DNA from: Glaucostegus cemiculus
Taxonomy: Eukaryota
Length of the DNA stretch: 64,000 nt
Assembly: GCA_976551045.1 (NCBI GenBank)
Contig: CDPCPM010000029.1
Location: forward strand, 40,114,001-40,178,000
Direction of reading: 5' to 3'
Positions 12,601-23,040 of this stretch are shown one piece after another. Each line of letters opens with the position of its first letter. The first letter of the stretch is position 1. A program made the translations under genes and the position numbers. Under the pieces are notes generated by a model, which worked only from the letters and a program-made list of their open reading frames with translations, did no database searches and was not told where the DNA came from.

Positions 12601-15600
12601 AATAATTCTTACCCTGAGAACAGATTCACCAAAGTAAAAGTGCTCTTCTAGAAGCTTGCCTGTTGAGTTGAAGGCATCATTGTAATGATCAAGGAAGAAG
12701 TTAGCCATCTTCAAAGTTATAAAAAAGATACCAGTGACAGTATTAACATTCACAAAAATAGAAATAAAACAAACTCTCGCTCTCTCTCCTGGTCATGAAC
12801 CATCTTATAAATTCTTTAGAATATTATGCACAATTTCAAAATAACCACAAAACACGTAAGACAATTCAGATGCAATTACTCTTGCAACTTCATGATGTGT
12901 AAGTTAGAAGCTTTATAAAATTAACATTAATTAAAACAATCAGACCAGAACATAAGTGAACAGACTATTGTGTGTGCCCCCAAATATTTTAATGAAAACA
13001 AATAAAATGATCAACCATGATCACAAAAGTTAGTAAATCACAAGCCAAGTAATAAAAGCACCTCACAGAAGGACTTTAACAATTTTATTAAAGTGACTTA
13101 ACAGAAGTATATAATCCAGATTAGCACTGCTTGTTAGCAGTCAGGCTGGTATGAATTTGAGGAAGGGGTACAGAGGATATAGTTCTTTATAATGAATTTA
13201 TACATCATTTTCCTCTTCAAATCCTGATCTACAAGCTAACATGACATAAAAAGTAAATGTTGTTGACAGCAAGAAGGATCGTCTTAAACTACAGAATGAC
13301 ATTGATCAGCTCGTAAACTAGGCACTGCACTGGAGATGGAATTTAATCCTGATAAGAGTGAGATGATGCATTTTGAAGGTCTAATAAGAGTGGGCATATA
13401 CCGTAACTGGTAGAACCACAAGAGCATTGTGGGACAAAGAGAGCTCTGTGTATGTCCAAATATCCCTGAAAGTGGCAGCACAGGTAGATGGGGCAGTGAA
13501 GGCAGCACACAGGATGCTTGTCCTCATTAGCTGGGGCATAGAATATAAGCACAGAGAAGTCTTGTTACGACCTTATAAAATGTTGGTTAGGCCTTGGCTG
13601 AAATATTGTGTGCAGTCCTGGTTGCCATACCATAGGGTATACATGTTTGCACTGGAGCAGGTGCAGAAAAAAATTCACCAGATTGTTGCCAGTTTCAGTT
13701 ACGAGGAGAGGCTGGTGAGGCAGTTTGTTTTACTTGGAGCAGAGGAGGCCGAAGGGGTCCTCATAGAGATATAGAAAATTATGAGAAGCATAGATAGGGT
13801 AGATTAGAAAGTTTTCCCCATGACCCAGATGTCTAAAACAAGGGGCATAGGTTTAAAGTGAGGATTAAGAGATTTAGAAGAGAAAATAATCGAACAGATA
13901 CTCTCACAACATTTGACCATTTGGACAAGCACTTGACTCACCAGGCATAGTAAACTTTGGACCAAGTACTGGTATAGACAGGACCTGATGGTCATGTTGG
14001 GCCTATTCCTCATTATCTATACATGTTCAGCACAGTTTTGTGGGCCGAAGGGCCTGAAATGTGCTGTAGTTTTTTCTATGTTCTATGTTCATGCAACAGG
14101 AGAACAGTTCTTGATTTCAGCCTAATTTACAACATTTCTCAAAACATACCTGCTCTGTGAAATTAAGTGGGCCCATTGTCATTGCTTCTCTTTCTCCTCC
14201 TGTCATTATCCTCCCAGAATAAGTTAGTTCTTCTAGGCTTACTGGACGGAACTTGCACCCTTAAAAAGAGGAAAAGAAAATATACTTTAGGAACAATAAA
14301 ATGATGCACATGCTCTAGACTTCCCAATAAGATTATTTCTTTAAAAAAAAGATTTAAAATGCTTTTTTGAGAAATGTCATGTGTTTTTAAAAATACTTTT
14401 TCATTTATGTGCATTTCACAAATAACTTCAATGTTAATTGACAAACGTGTTAAGTAGCATATATGTTTTAAATTTTAAACCATAGAACCATATGGTTTTA
14501 AATTGGGCATGCATAAGGAGTGACAATTTGACAGATATTCTTGAGACATTTTGTTTCCTGAAAATGATGACACCACCCCACACCTATTCCATTGGGTTCA
14601 TCTTTCCCTGGTATCAGGCCTAACTGATCACCCTTCCTGAAAGTTCATACTGAATAGTATTCTAACATAGGAATTGCATAGTTACACCAATCTCATCCTC
14701 ATCCATCATCCCTAAATGCATACTTTGGCTATCCTCCTATTTAAACTATCAAACTAAAGGAAAAACTTAAACTTATAATAGAAACTTTTCATACCCATTT
14801 CAGGTGGTTCCAAATTGTTTAACAGCTAAGAGCACTGTAGAACTGTAATCATACTTAATTTATATTAAAAAAAACATTTATACACAAGAGTATGGCTATG
14901 TTAATAATATAGCTTCCAAGAAAGGTTAACACTTTAGGCCAATGATCTTTTGTTTTCCAGTTCTGATGAAAGATAATCAACCTCTCCAGAGGGCAGCATG
15001 ATAGCGTAGTGGTTAGCGTGACGCTGTTACAGCGCCAGCAATTGGGGTTCGATTCCCGTCGCTGACTGTAAGGAGTTTGTACATTCTCCCGTGCCTGCGT
15101 GGGTTTCCTCCGGGTGCTCCGGTTTCCTCCCACATTCTAAAAGACATACTGGTAGGTTAATTTGGGGGTTTAAGATGGGCAGCGCGGACTCACTGGGCCA
15201 AAAGGGCCTGTTGTCACGCTGTAAATAAAACTAAATTTAAAAAAAATTAAATTAAAATGTTCAGTTATCCCAGCATTTTGTTTTTCTCATACAAACCTTC
15301 CAAATTCAGAGTATTTTGCTTGGGTTCCCAATATAACAAATAGACAAACTAAACAGCAAAGAGTTTTCTTAATATGTATTTCGCTCATAATCTATTTTCT
15401 ATACACAATGTCATTAATACCTTAGCAAATAAAATCAAATTTCCATTACCTGTTTTGGCTGGAAGTAGTGGAATTGGAACAGGTTCCAATGGTTCCCAGT
15501 TCTCTTGTTTCAAACTTTTTAAGGCTGCCCATTTCAATTCTGTTTCCTGCAATAGCAATTGTGTGCATTTCAGAATCAGTTTTATTATACACACTCACAG

Positions 15601-18600
15601 TATGCATCGGAGCGAGATACTGTCGTCCATTAATTCACGAAATGGCAACAAGGATTTAAAATTAATTGAGTGCCAATTAAAAATGCATCATTTAGAGTGA
15701 CCAGAAATGCTGATGATGCAGTTATAACTAACTTAAGCCTATACATGTTGTCTTAATTTTGAGAGGCACTGTTGAAACCACATCAGAAAACAGTACTGTT
15801 CTCCTAATTTAAGAAAAGATGTCAATGTGTGGGAAACAATTCAGAGAAGATTTGTTAGAACTAGGTAGGTTGTTTTAGGAGGAAATGTTGCACTATCTAG
15901 GCTTGTACCTGTTGGAGCTTCTAAGAGTGGAAGAGGATTTAACTGAAATATGCAAGATTCTGAGAAGACAACAGGATGGATACAGAGAGCATATTTCCAT
16001 TTGTAGAAGAATATCCAAGGGTTACTTCAAAAATACAAATGTTCATTGAAGACAGATGTCATGAAATTTAGTCTCTCAGAGAGTCCAGTCTTTGGACCAT
16101 TTCCCTCAAAGGAAGATGGAAGCAGAGTCTTTGAATATTTTTAAGGCAGAGTTACATCAATACTTGACAAGCATGGGGAAAATAGGCTACTGCAGGTAGG
16201 GAGGAATGGAGAGTTGCGGTTACAATGAGATCATCCATGATCTTATGAAATGGCACAGCAGGCTTGAGGAGCCAAGTAGCCGACTCCTCCTAATTTTCAT
16301 GTACTGACCATAACTTGTGGGCACCAATCCAAGAAGATCAGCAAAAAAAAAGTAAATCACAAAAGATTCAAGCATCTATAGCCAAAGAATGATAAGGGTG
16401 TAGAATTCACTACTGCAGCAAGTGAATTCTACACGCTGGTTGAAACCATTAATACAAGTACAACAAATACAGTTAGAGGGAGGCTCAACAAGCAGATGAG
16501 GAAGAGAATTTTTTTTTATTCTCCCCGTACTCTCTTCAATTTCCCCTAGATTCTACAATTCAGCACTACAGACAAAATACAGCAACCCTACCAATGCACA
16601 TTTTGGAATGTGGGATTAAGCCAGAGCACTCGGACGAGACCCATGCGGACACAGGGAGAATGTACAAACTCCATACAGACAATACCAGAGGTCAGGATTG
16701 AATCCAGGTCTGTGACCAATGGTGGAATTGGTACACAGAATTTTGCAGCTTGTTATGTATAGTTAATGGTCTACGTGTGAACACAAGGGATACGATTAGC
16801 GAGTTTGCAGATGACATGAAGATTGGGGGCATTTTGATAGTGAGGGCAGTCTTTGGCTATGGAACAATATTGATCAGTTGGTAAGATGAGCAATGACAGA
16901 TGGAATTCAATCCAAAACAATGTAAGGTGAGGAATTCTGGGATGACTAATAACTCTAAGATAAACATAAGGGAACTTCACACACACATATACCACAAATG
17001 GTATGGCCTTGGGGAATTTTGAAGAATAAAGAGAGCTAGCTTCCTGAAGGTTCCCGAAGACAGCAGCACTGGTAGGGAGGGAGGTGAAGAAGGTATACAG
17101 AATGTTTGCCTTCATTAGCTAGAGCACAGAATGGAAGTGCAAGGAGGTCTTGCACTACTATATAAAACATTGATTAGGTCATAGCTGAAACATTATATGC
17201 AATCCTGGTCACCACAGTAAAGAAAGGGCATGATTGCATTGAAGAGGGCGCAGAGAAGGTTCACCAGGATGTCACTTGGAATAGGACCTTTCAGTTAGAA
17301 TCAGAGAAACAAAAAGCATAGAAACAGGCCCTTTCAACCCACGTTGTGCATGCCGACTATTATGTCTATTTATGCTATTCCCATTTGCCTGCATTAGGAC
17401 TGTATTCCCCTGTGCTTTTCCTATCCAAGTACCCGCCAAAACATTTTCAACGTTGCAGTTTCAGCATCCACCAACTCGTTCCAGGTAACCATCACCCTGT
17501 GTGTGAAAAAATTACCCTTCAGATCTCCTTTAAATTTCTTCCTTCTCACCTTAAACCTGTTCTCTCCAGTTCTAGATTCCCCTGCCCTGGGAAGAAGATT
17601 TTATCTATCCTATCTACGCCCCTCATAATTTTATAAATCTCTATAAGGTCACCCTAAGCCTCCTGTGTTCCAGTGAGAAGAAACCTTGCTTATCTCCCCT
17701 CATAACTGCAGCCCTCCATTCCAGGCAACATCAAGGTGAATCGCTGCTGCGTGCTTTCTATTGTTACCACATTCTTCCTGTAATCTGGTGACCAGAACTG
17801 TACCCAATCCTCCAAGTGCGGTCTATTCAATGTTTTATACAAATACAACATGAGATGCCAACTCTTATACTCCACACCTTGGCTTATGAAGGCAAACATA
17901 TAAATGCCTTTTTCACTACCCTATCCACTTGCATCACACTTACTATGGACTTGCACCCAAAGATCCCTCTAGATCTCAATGCTCCTAAAGTCTCTGCCAT
18001 TTACTCTACACTTCCTATCACAATTTAACCTCCCAAAGTGTATTCACTCGCACAGCCTGGATTAAACGGCATCTGCCACCGCTCCACCCAACTTTCCAGT
18101 TGATCTATGTTCCTCTGTTATCCTTAGACATTCTTCATTATCTACAACTCCGACAATTTTTGAGTCATCTGAAAAATTACTAATCACACCACCTACATTG
18201 TCATCCAAGTCATTTTAATACATTACAAAGGTTGCAGCACCAATCCCTCCAGTACACCATGTTACAGATTTCCAGTCATAAAAAAATCCACTATTACCCT
18301 CTGCCTCCCATTCAGGAAGCTAATTTTGGATCTAGTTTACCAAAATGCCTCAGATCCATTGTGCCTTAAGAATGTGGACCAGCCTACCTCACTTGACTAA
18401 AGCCTTACTAAAATTCAAATAATCCACATCTACCATTCTGCTTTCATCAGTTTTCTTAATTACTTCCTCAATCAGATTTGTGAGACATGGTCTTCCCTGC
18501 ACAAAACCATGCTGACTCCTAATTAGTCTCTGCCTCTCCAAGTGAACATATCTCCCGTCCCTCAGAATCTTAACCAACAACTTCCCTGCCATTGGCCCAA

Positions 18601-20237
18601 GGCTCATCAGTCTGCAGTTTCCATGCTTATCCCTACTGTTATGAGGAGAGACTTGGTTTGTTTCCCTTGGATCAGAGAAGGCATTAATGGAGACATAAGT
18701 TGGATAGCTACTGAGAAAGTTTTCCCCTTAGCAGAGGGGTGCCTATGACCATAGGTCATAAATTTAAAGTAAGGAAACTTAGGAGGGGACTTGAAACAGA
18801 ATTTTTTGGAATCTGGAATGTATTACCCAAGTGACTGGTGGAGGCAGGTCTCTCACAACATTTAAATGAGCACTTGAAACACCATGGCATAGAAGGGCCA
18901 GGTCCTGGTAAATGGGATTAATATAAATAGGCACTTGATGGCCTGCAAAGACATGGAGAGCTAAAGGGTCTATTTCCATCAGGAGCAACAAACCATCTGC
19001 TGGAGGAACTCAGCAGGTTGAGCAGCATCTCATGGGGGAAAGGAATTGCCAATGTTTCAAGTGGAAACCTTGCATCAGAACTAGGAATAGAGGGGGAGAT
19101 AAGCAATATAATATTGTCTGTATCAATGGTGCTGAGGAGGAGAATCAGAATCAGGTTTGTTATCACTGACATATGTTGTGAAATTTGTTGTTTTGCTGCA
19201 ACAGGTGGGTGAGGAAGTTCCTATGTGTAGATATCACCAACAAGTTGTCCTAGTCCAGCCACGTTGACACTACCGCCAAGAAAGCACACCAACACCTCTA
19301 CTTCCTTAGAAGACTAAAGAAATTTGGCATGTCCCAGTTGAGTCTTACGAATTTTCACAAACACATCATAGAAAGCATCCTTTGAGTATGCATCACAGCT
19401 TGGTATGGCAACTGCTCGGACTAAGATCACAAGAAATTACAGCAAGTTGTGAATGCAGCCTAGTACATCACTCAAACCAGCCTCCCCAGCATTGACACTT
19501 CTCGCTGCCCGGGAAAAGCGGCCAACATAATCAACGAGCCCTCCCACCCCGGTCATTCTCTCTTCTCCCCTCTCCTGTCGGGCAGAAGATGCAAAAGCGT
19601 GAAAGCACAGACCACCAATCTCAAGGTCAGCTTCTATGTTGCTGTTTCAGACTTTCGAACGGACCCCTCATCTGCTGTAGATGATTGATCTTGATTTCCC
19701 AATCTACCTTGTCGTGGCCCTGCACTTTATTTATCTGCACTTTCACTGTAGCTACACTACATTCTGTACTGTCTTTTCACTACCTCGATGTACTTGTGTA
19801 TGGGACGATCTGCCTGTATCTCACTGTATCTCGGTACATGTGACAGTAATAATAACAGTAAGTATCAAGGAGAGGGGGAGGTAGTGAGACAGGGGCCAGA
19901 GCTATTAGGGTGCTGTGCTGTGCTGTGTGCCTATGTTATAAGGAGGGACAGGCAGCAGGAACCTGGAGTGCCCTGCATAATGCAGGGAGCGGCCCCTCTC
20001 CCCCACACACCGCACGGCGCCGCCCTCTGCAGATGCCCAAGGCCTGACTCCGACCTCTCTTGCCGCAGCTCTGTAACTTCCCAAGTTTAGACCTCTCACC
20101 TGCTGGCCCCCGGATTCCACCACGAACGGCTGGACGTGCTCGTAATTGCCCCAGACTCCGAGCTCCTGCCTCTGCGCAGCGATGGGGCCCGGGCTGTACA
20201 AACTGGGAAAGAGGGAATAAGGGAAAGAGCTCTCCAT
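503..20237 (-). CDS. TAF1C: TATA box-binding protein-associated factor RNA polymerase I subunit C; spliced 5' portion (11 coding exons, 448 codons), continues beyond window start
   Basis: Exons join in frame across GT-AG boundaries. The translation carries motifs I recognise from vertebrate TAF1C: TGGAL, [43 protein letters not shown]. Confidence 0.93.
790..1072 (+). mobile_element. tRNA-derived V-SINE with Rex1/Babar-like 3' tail
   Basis: B-box-like gttcaattc; V-domain gtttcctctgggtgctccggtttcctcccacattccaaagac; tail ttcactgtg...gtacatgtgactaataaa. Confidence 0.85.
2000..2135 (-). CDS. TAF1C: TAF1C coding exon 10 ([30 protein letters not shown]...DVR)
   Basis: 136 nt, conserved [12 protein letters not shown] and DRTG motifs. 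Confidence 0.93.
3123..3194 (-). CDS. TAF1C: TAF1C coding exon 9 ([25 protein letters not shown])
   Basis: 72 nt, conserved SPHxPGEL motif. Confidence 0.92.
3590..4450 (+). mobile_element. Degenerate 3' part of a CR1/L2-group LINE
   Basis: Decayed ORF2 C-terminus (EYSPIAW...IQDKAAHLI); same family as 58940-59720. Confidence 0.65.
5554..5671 (-). CDS. TAF1C: TAF1C coding exon 8 ([15 protein letters not shown]...ATCINVS)
   Basis: 118 nt, conserved VRSDYHC motif, GT-AG boundaries. Confidence 0.92.
6394..6522 (-). CDS. TAF1C: TAF1C coding exon 7 (NFHKIALSY...FELKGRIHQISSSFLEEE)
   Basis: 129 nt, AAG|gtaag donor, phase 1-1 consistent. Confidence 0.88.
6523..9464 (-). other. U12-type (minor spliceosome) GT-AG intron of TAF1C
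   Basis: 5' site GTATCCTTTT; branch-like TTCCTTTAT with its A about 15 nt from the 3' AG; no polypyrimidine tract. Confidence 0.85.
7650..8775 (+). mobile_element. 5'-truncated young CR1 LINE with open reverse-transcriptase C-terminal ORF (7683..8693)
   Basis: [31 protein letters not shown] and RGDLIEVFK motifs; (tgttcta)n tail. Confidence 0.95.
9465..9712 (-). CDS. TAF1C: TAF1C coding exon 6 (CPLSSASKRARLL...ATGGALVY...SNSMNLL)
   Basis: 248 nt; part of ORF 9406..9771; ends at a U12-type donor GTATCCTTTT. Confidence 0.9.
10033..10701 (+). mobile_element. Rex1/Babar non-LTR retrotransposon, 3' fragment
   Basis: FYRGTIESILTHCITVWFG...HPSHHLF..LPSGRR..RTTRLNNSFFPQAIR; aataaa(ctgatt)n tail. 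Confidence 0.9.
10981..11051 (-). CDS. TAF1C: TAF1C coding exon 5 (GKAKQTKVNVNHLKAFTERVKKRG)
   Basis: ctttcttcaag| acceptor, GG|gtaag donor; 71 nt gives the phase required between exons 4 and 6. Confidence 0.78.
11180..11960 (+). mobile_element. Highly decayed CR1 3' fragment containing a 21-nt poly-G run
   Basis: Remnant similarity to the CR1 ORF2 end and tail of 7650-8775. Confidence 0.55.
12613..12708 (-). CDS. TAF1C: TAF1C coding exon 4 (MANFFLDHYNDAFNSTGKLLEEHF...)
   Basis: 96 nt, AGG|gtaag donor; resembles the human FLWDHGDIAFAPLGKLMLENF segment. Confidence 0.9.
13255..14090 (+). mobile_element. Degenerate CR1 LINE 3' fragment
   Basis: SLKVAAQVD...LVRPWLKYCVQSW; tail gggccgaagggcct...tgttctatgttc. 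Confidence 0.85.
14150..14259 (-). CDS. TAF1C: TAF1C coding exon 3 (GCKFRPVSLEE...GPLNFTEQ)
   Basis: ttttaag| acceptor, CAG|gtatg donor, 110 nt; the only open frame matches the phase. Confidence 0.85.
14990..15245 (+). mobile_element. tRNA-derived V-SINE with CR1-like 3' tail (HE1-like)
   Basis: A/B boxes (tagcgtagtggt, ggttcgattccc), V-domain, tail gggccaaaagggcctgtt...aataaa. Confidence 0.85.
15450..15546 (-). CDS. TAF1C: TAF1C coding exon 2 (ETELKWAALK...WEPLEPVPIPLLPAKT)
   Basis: tgcag| acceptor, CAG|gtaat donor, 97 nt, phase consistent. Confidence 0.85.
15570..15630 (-). mobile_element. About 60-nt remnant of a Rex1/Babar 3' tail
   Basis: Matches the terminal sequence of the 10033-10701 and 23041-23836 copies (gtatctcgctcc.atgcatact...aataaaactgattctga). 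Confidence 0.75.
15720..16300 (+). mobile_element. Decayed CR1 3' fragment
   Basis: Remnant similarity to the CR1 ORF2 C-terminus and tail. Confidence 0.6.
16790..18975 (+). mobile_element. Decayed CR1 (16790-17297 and 18638-18975) interrupted by an antisense CR1
   Basis: FADD remnant near 16803; the ORF2 remnant resumes across a gtta duplication. Confidence 0.7.
17298..18637 (-). mobile_element. CR1 LINE fragment nested in the + strand CR1
   Basis: QHGFVQGRPCLTNLIE and RPHLEDWVQFWSP motifs on the minus strand. Confidence 0.85.
19205..19862 (+). mobile_element. Older Rex1/Babar 3' fragment
   Basis: Similar to the 34281-35725 element; tail cactgtatctcggtacatgtgacagtaataa. Confidence 0.85.
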
Positions 20238-20750
20238 GTGAACACGCGAAATGCGCGCCGGCGACCGCCCACATCACAAGGCTGACAGTGTCCTGGACCA
20301 ATGAAAACGAGGACAACTTGCGGCAGTCTCCTAGACCAATGAGAATTTCGAAAGCTTTTCGCATCACAAGACTGACAGTCTTCTGGACCAATAAAGATGC
20401 AGATTGTATCGGGGGCGGGTCAACATAATGAGGCGGTTACTTTCGGGTGAGTTTTGGCCCAAATGGCTTGCCGCCCTGCGCTTGTCTCTCCACGTGACTT
20501 CAGAGAGCCGTCCTATTGGTCGGCGCTGCCTATAGGGTTGCTTAGGAGACCGAGACGCTCTCCGGCTGCCGTGACGTTCTCGTTGCATCCGCCTTCATGC
20601 AGCACGGGTGGGGGCAGGAGGTCGGATCATATTCCGCTTCCATCCGCGGGTCCCCAGTATGACACACCGTCCATCTACAGCAGCAAGCCCAACGTTGTTA
20701 GCTGATACAGGCAGACTTCGAGAAGGGTGCGTCGTCTGAGCTTGTTCTCC
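19990..20750. promoter_or_regulatory. CpG island / TAF1C promoter with CCAAT (NF-Y) cluster, GC box, E-box, E2F-like and CRE-like sites
   Basis: Clearest CpG-rich stretch of the window. CCAAT at 20298, 20336 and 20388; ATTGG at 20515; GGGGGCGGG near 20411; CACGTG at 20491; TGACGT at 20571. Surrounds the first coding exon. Confidence 0.8.
20100..20237 (-). CDS. TAF1C: TAF1C coding exon 1 (MESSFPYSLFPSLYSPGP...ESGGQQ)
   Basis: ATG inside the CpG island, 138 nt, ends at CAG|gtgaga; phase 0 matches the next exon. Confidence 0.85.
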
Positions 20751-21539
20751 CCCCCCCCCCTCAGATAGCGCTCCCTTCCTGAAATCTGCCCATATCAACC
20801 CTCACTTCCAAATTCAACCACCTATTTCCAACAACTTCTTCCTCTCCAAAATCCTTGAATTCTGTTCGAATTCAGGTTCCCGTCCTAGCAACACCATTAT
20901 GGTAGCAAGTCACTACCATAATGCTAAGTGATTCTAGCAAGATGCTGGTCTTTCTCTACCTATCAGTAGCTTTTGACATTATTGACCACACACCTTCTCC
21001 CCTCCATCTGGCAAATGGTTGCACAGGTCCATTCAGCAACAGGTCCATTCATCAACTCTTTGTCTAATGTGGCAGTTAGATTACCTCTGCTATGCCTGAT
21101 ACAAGGCAACCAAGACTTTATAGATTTAGGGCCAGTTCTTGCAGATGGGGGATACTTACATTTGCCACTCTCCTATTTAAAAGGACAGTTGAGAGTATTA
21201 TACACCAGTTGGTCTAACATCAGTAAAGATATTTATTAGTCACATGTACATCGAAATACACAGTGAAATACGTCTTTTTGTGTTACAGCAGGGAAACTGC
21301 TGGTGTCTATTATAAAATATGTCATAGACACTAAGAAAATAGAAACAGGATCACAGAAAATCAACAGGTATTTATGAAAAGGAAATTATGTTTGACCAAT
21401 CAACATTTTTTTGAGAATGTCACTGCTAGATAAGAGAAAAACAGATGATGCGATGTATTTATGATTTTCACAAGGCTTGTTAAGTATCACATAAGAGGTG
21501 AGTGTGTAAAATTAACAATATAACATGGATAAATTCAAT

Positions 21540-22520
21540 ACAGAAAAAGTGCTGGAGGAACTCAGCAGGACAGGCAGCATCTATGGAGGGAAATAAACAG
21601 TTGACATTTCAGGCCGAGAGCCTTCATCAAGACTGAAAAAGAGGGCAGAAGCCAGAATAAGTAGGTAGGAGGAGGGGGAGAAGCACACGCAGGCAGGGGA
21701 TAGGTGAGTTCAGGTGAGGGAGGGGAAGATGTTATGAGAGGTGATAGATAGAAGAGCCAAAGGGCTGAAGAAAAAGAAATTTGGTAGGAGAGGGCAGTGG
21801 ACCGTGGAATAAAGGATGTTGGAGGGGAGGAGATGATGGGCAGGTCATCAAGGCCAGGGAAGTGAGTCACAGGAATAAAAGACAAAAGAGTGGTGGCAGA
21901 AGAGGGAGAAAAGAAGGGATGGAGTTACCGGAAGTTAGAGAAATCGATGTTGAGGCCATCAGGTTGGAGACTCCCAAGGTGGAATATGAGGTGTTGTTCC
22001 TCCAACGGTGCTTGGCCTCAATGTGCTAGTAGAGGCAGCCATGGATAAACCTGTTGGTATGGGAGTAGGATGTGGAATTGAAGTGGGTGGCCACTGGGAG
22101 GGCCTGGCTGTTGCAGCGGATGGAGCAAAGGTGCTCAACGGAATGGTTACTGGGAGAAGGGGATGGCGTCCTTACAAGTTACTGGGTGGGAAGAGGTGTA
22201 GTCAAGGGAACTGTGGTAGTCAGTGGGTTAGTAGATGTCAATGGTTAATCTGTCTCTGGAGATGGAGACGGAGAGATCCGGAAAGGGGAGAGAGGTGTCC
22301 GAGATGGACCAAGTGAATCTGACAGTAGGGTGGAAGTCAGAGGCAAAATTGATGAAATTGACGAACTCAGCAGGGGTGCAGGAAGCAGCACCAATGCAGT
22401 TGTCCATGTAGCGGAGAAACAGTTGGGTGATGTTACCAGTGTAAGCTCAGAACATGGGACTGTTCCACGTAGCCGACAAAGATGCAGGCATTGCTGGGGC
22501 CCATGCAGGTACCCATAGCT
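21540..22520 (-). mobile_element. Penelope-like element fragment (RT remnant, GIY-YIG end, pLTR terminus)
   Basis: Minus-strand remnants AMGTCMGP.., FHPTVRFTWSISDTSLPF and HLIFHLGSLQPDGLNIDFS; terminal cagatgctgcctg.cctgctgagttcctccagc. Confidence 0.85.
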
Positions 22521-22574
22521 AATTATATAAGTAATGAAATGTTGACATATAAAGAGATTTAGATGTTCTTGTAT

Positions 22575-22616
22575 ACCTGTCTCTAAAATCAAACCTGTCT
22601 CTAAAATCAAACCTGT
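22575..22616. repeat. 18-bp tandem duplication (acctgtctctaaaatcaa x2+)
   Basis: Direct reading. Confidence 0.85.
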
Positions 22617-23040
22617 AAGTACAGCAAGCAGCAAAGGTAAATGATATGTTAGCCTTCTTTGCAAGTGGTTTTGAGTACAGGAGCCACAACTACAGGGGGC
22701 ATTTGTGAGACTATGCTTGGGCATACTGTGTGTAGTTTTGTCCTCCTTACATAAGGTTTTACTTATCATAAGGATTCAAAAAGTTCACCAGACTGATTCC
22801 AACATGGCAGTATTGAAATATTAATATTACATTGCCACTGTATTGACCTGAGATCCAATTCCAGTCAACTTTGCGCATCTGTGCCAACAATGTCTTCTAA
22901 TAGGCACATACCCACATGCAAAATTGTTGCCTCAAGAAGGCAACAACCAAAGATTCCCACCGTCTGGACCAGGCCATCTTCCTGCAGCTACCATTGAGCA
23001 GGAGGTACAGAAGCCTGAAGTCCCACACCACCAGCTTCAA

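Noticed and set aside
14990-15065. tRNA gene
   Set aside because: The A/B boxes belong to the SINE head, which continues directly into the V-domain; no complete cloverleaf seen
20270-20400. Repeat-spacer-repeat pattern resembling a CRISPR array
   Set aside because: Only two full units plus a partial one, in a vertebrate promoter, with no cas genes; explained as a duplicated CCAAT module
19788-20798. Many overlapping ORFs around 20 kb
   Set aside because: Stop-poor CpG island; only 20100-20237 has splice and homology support
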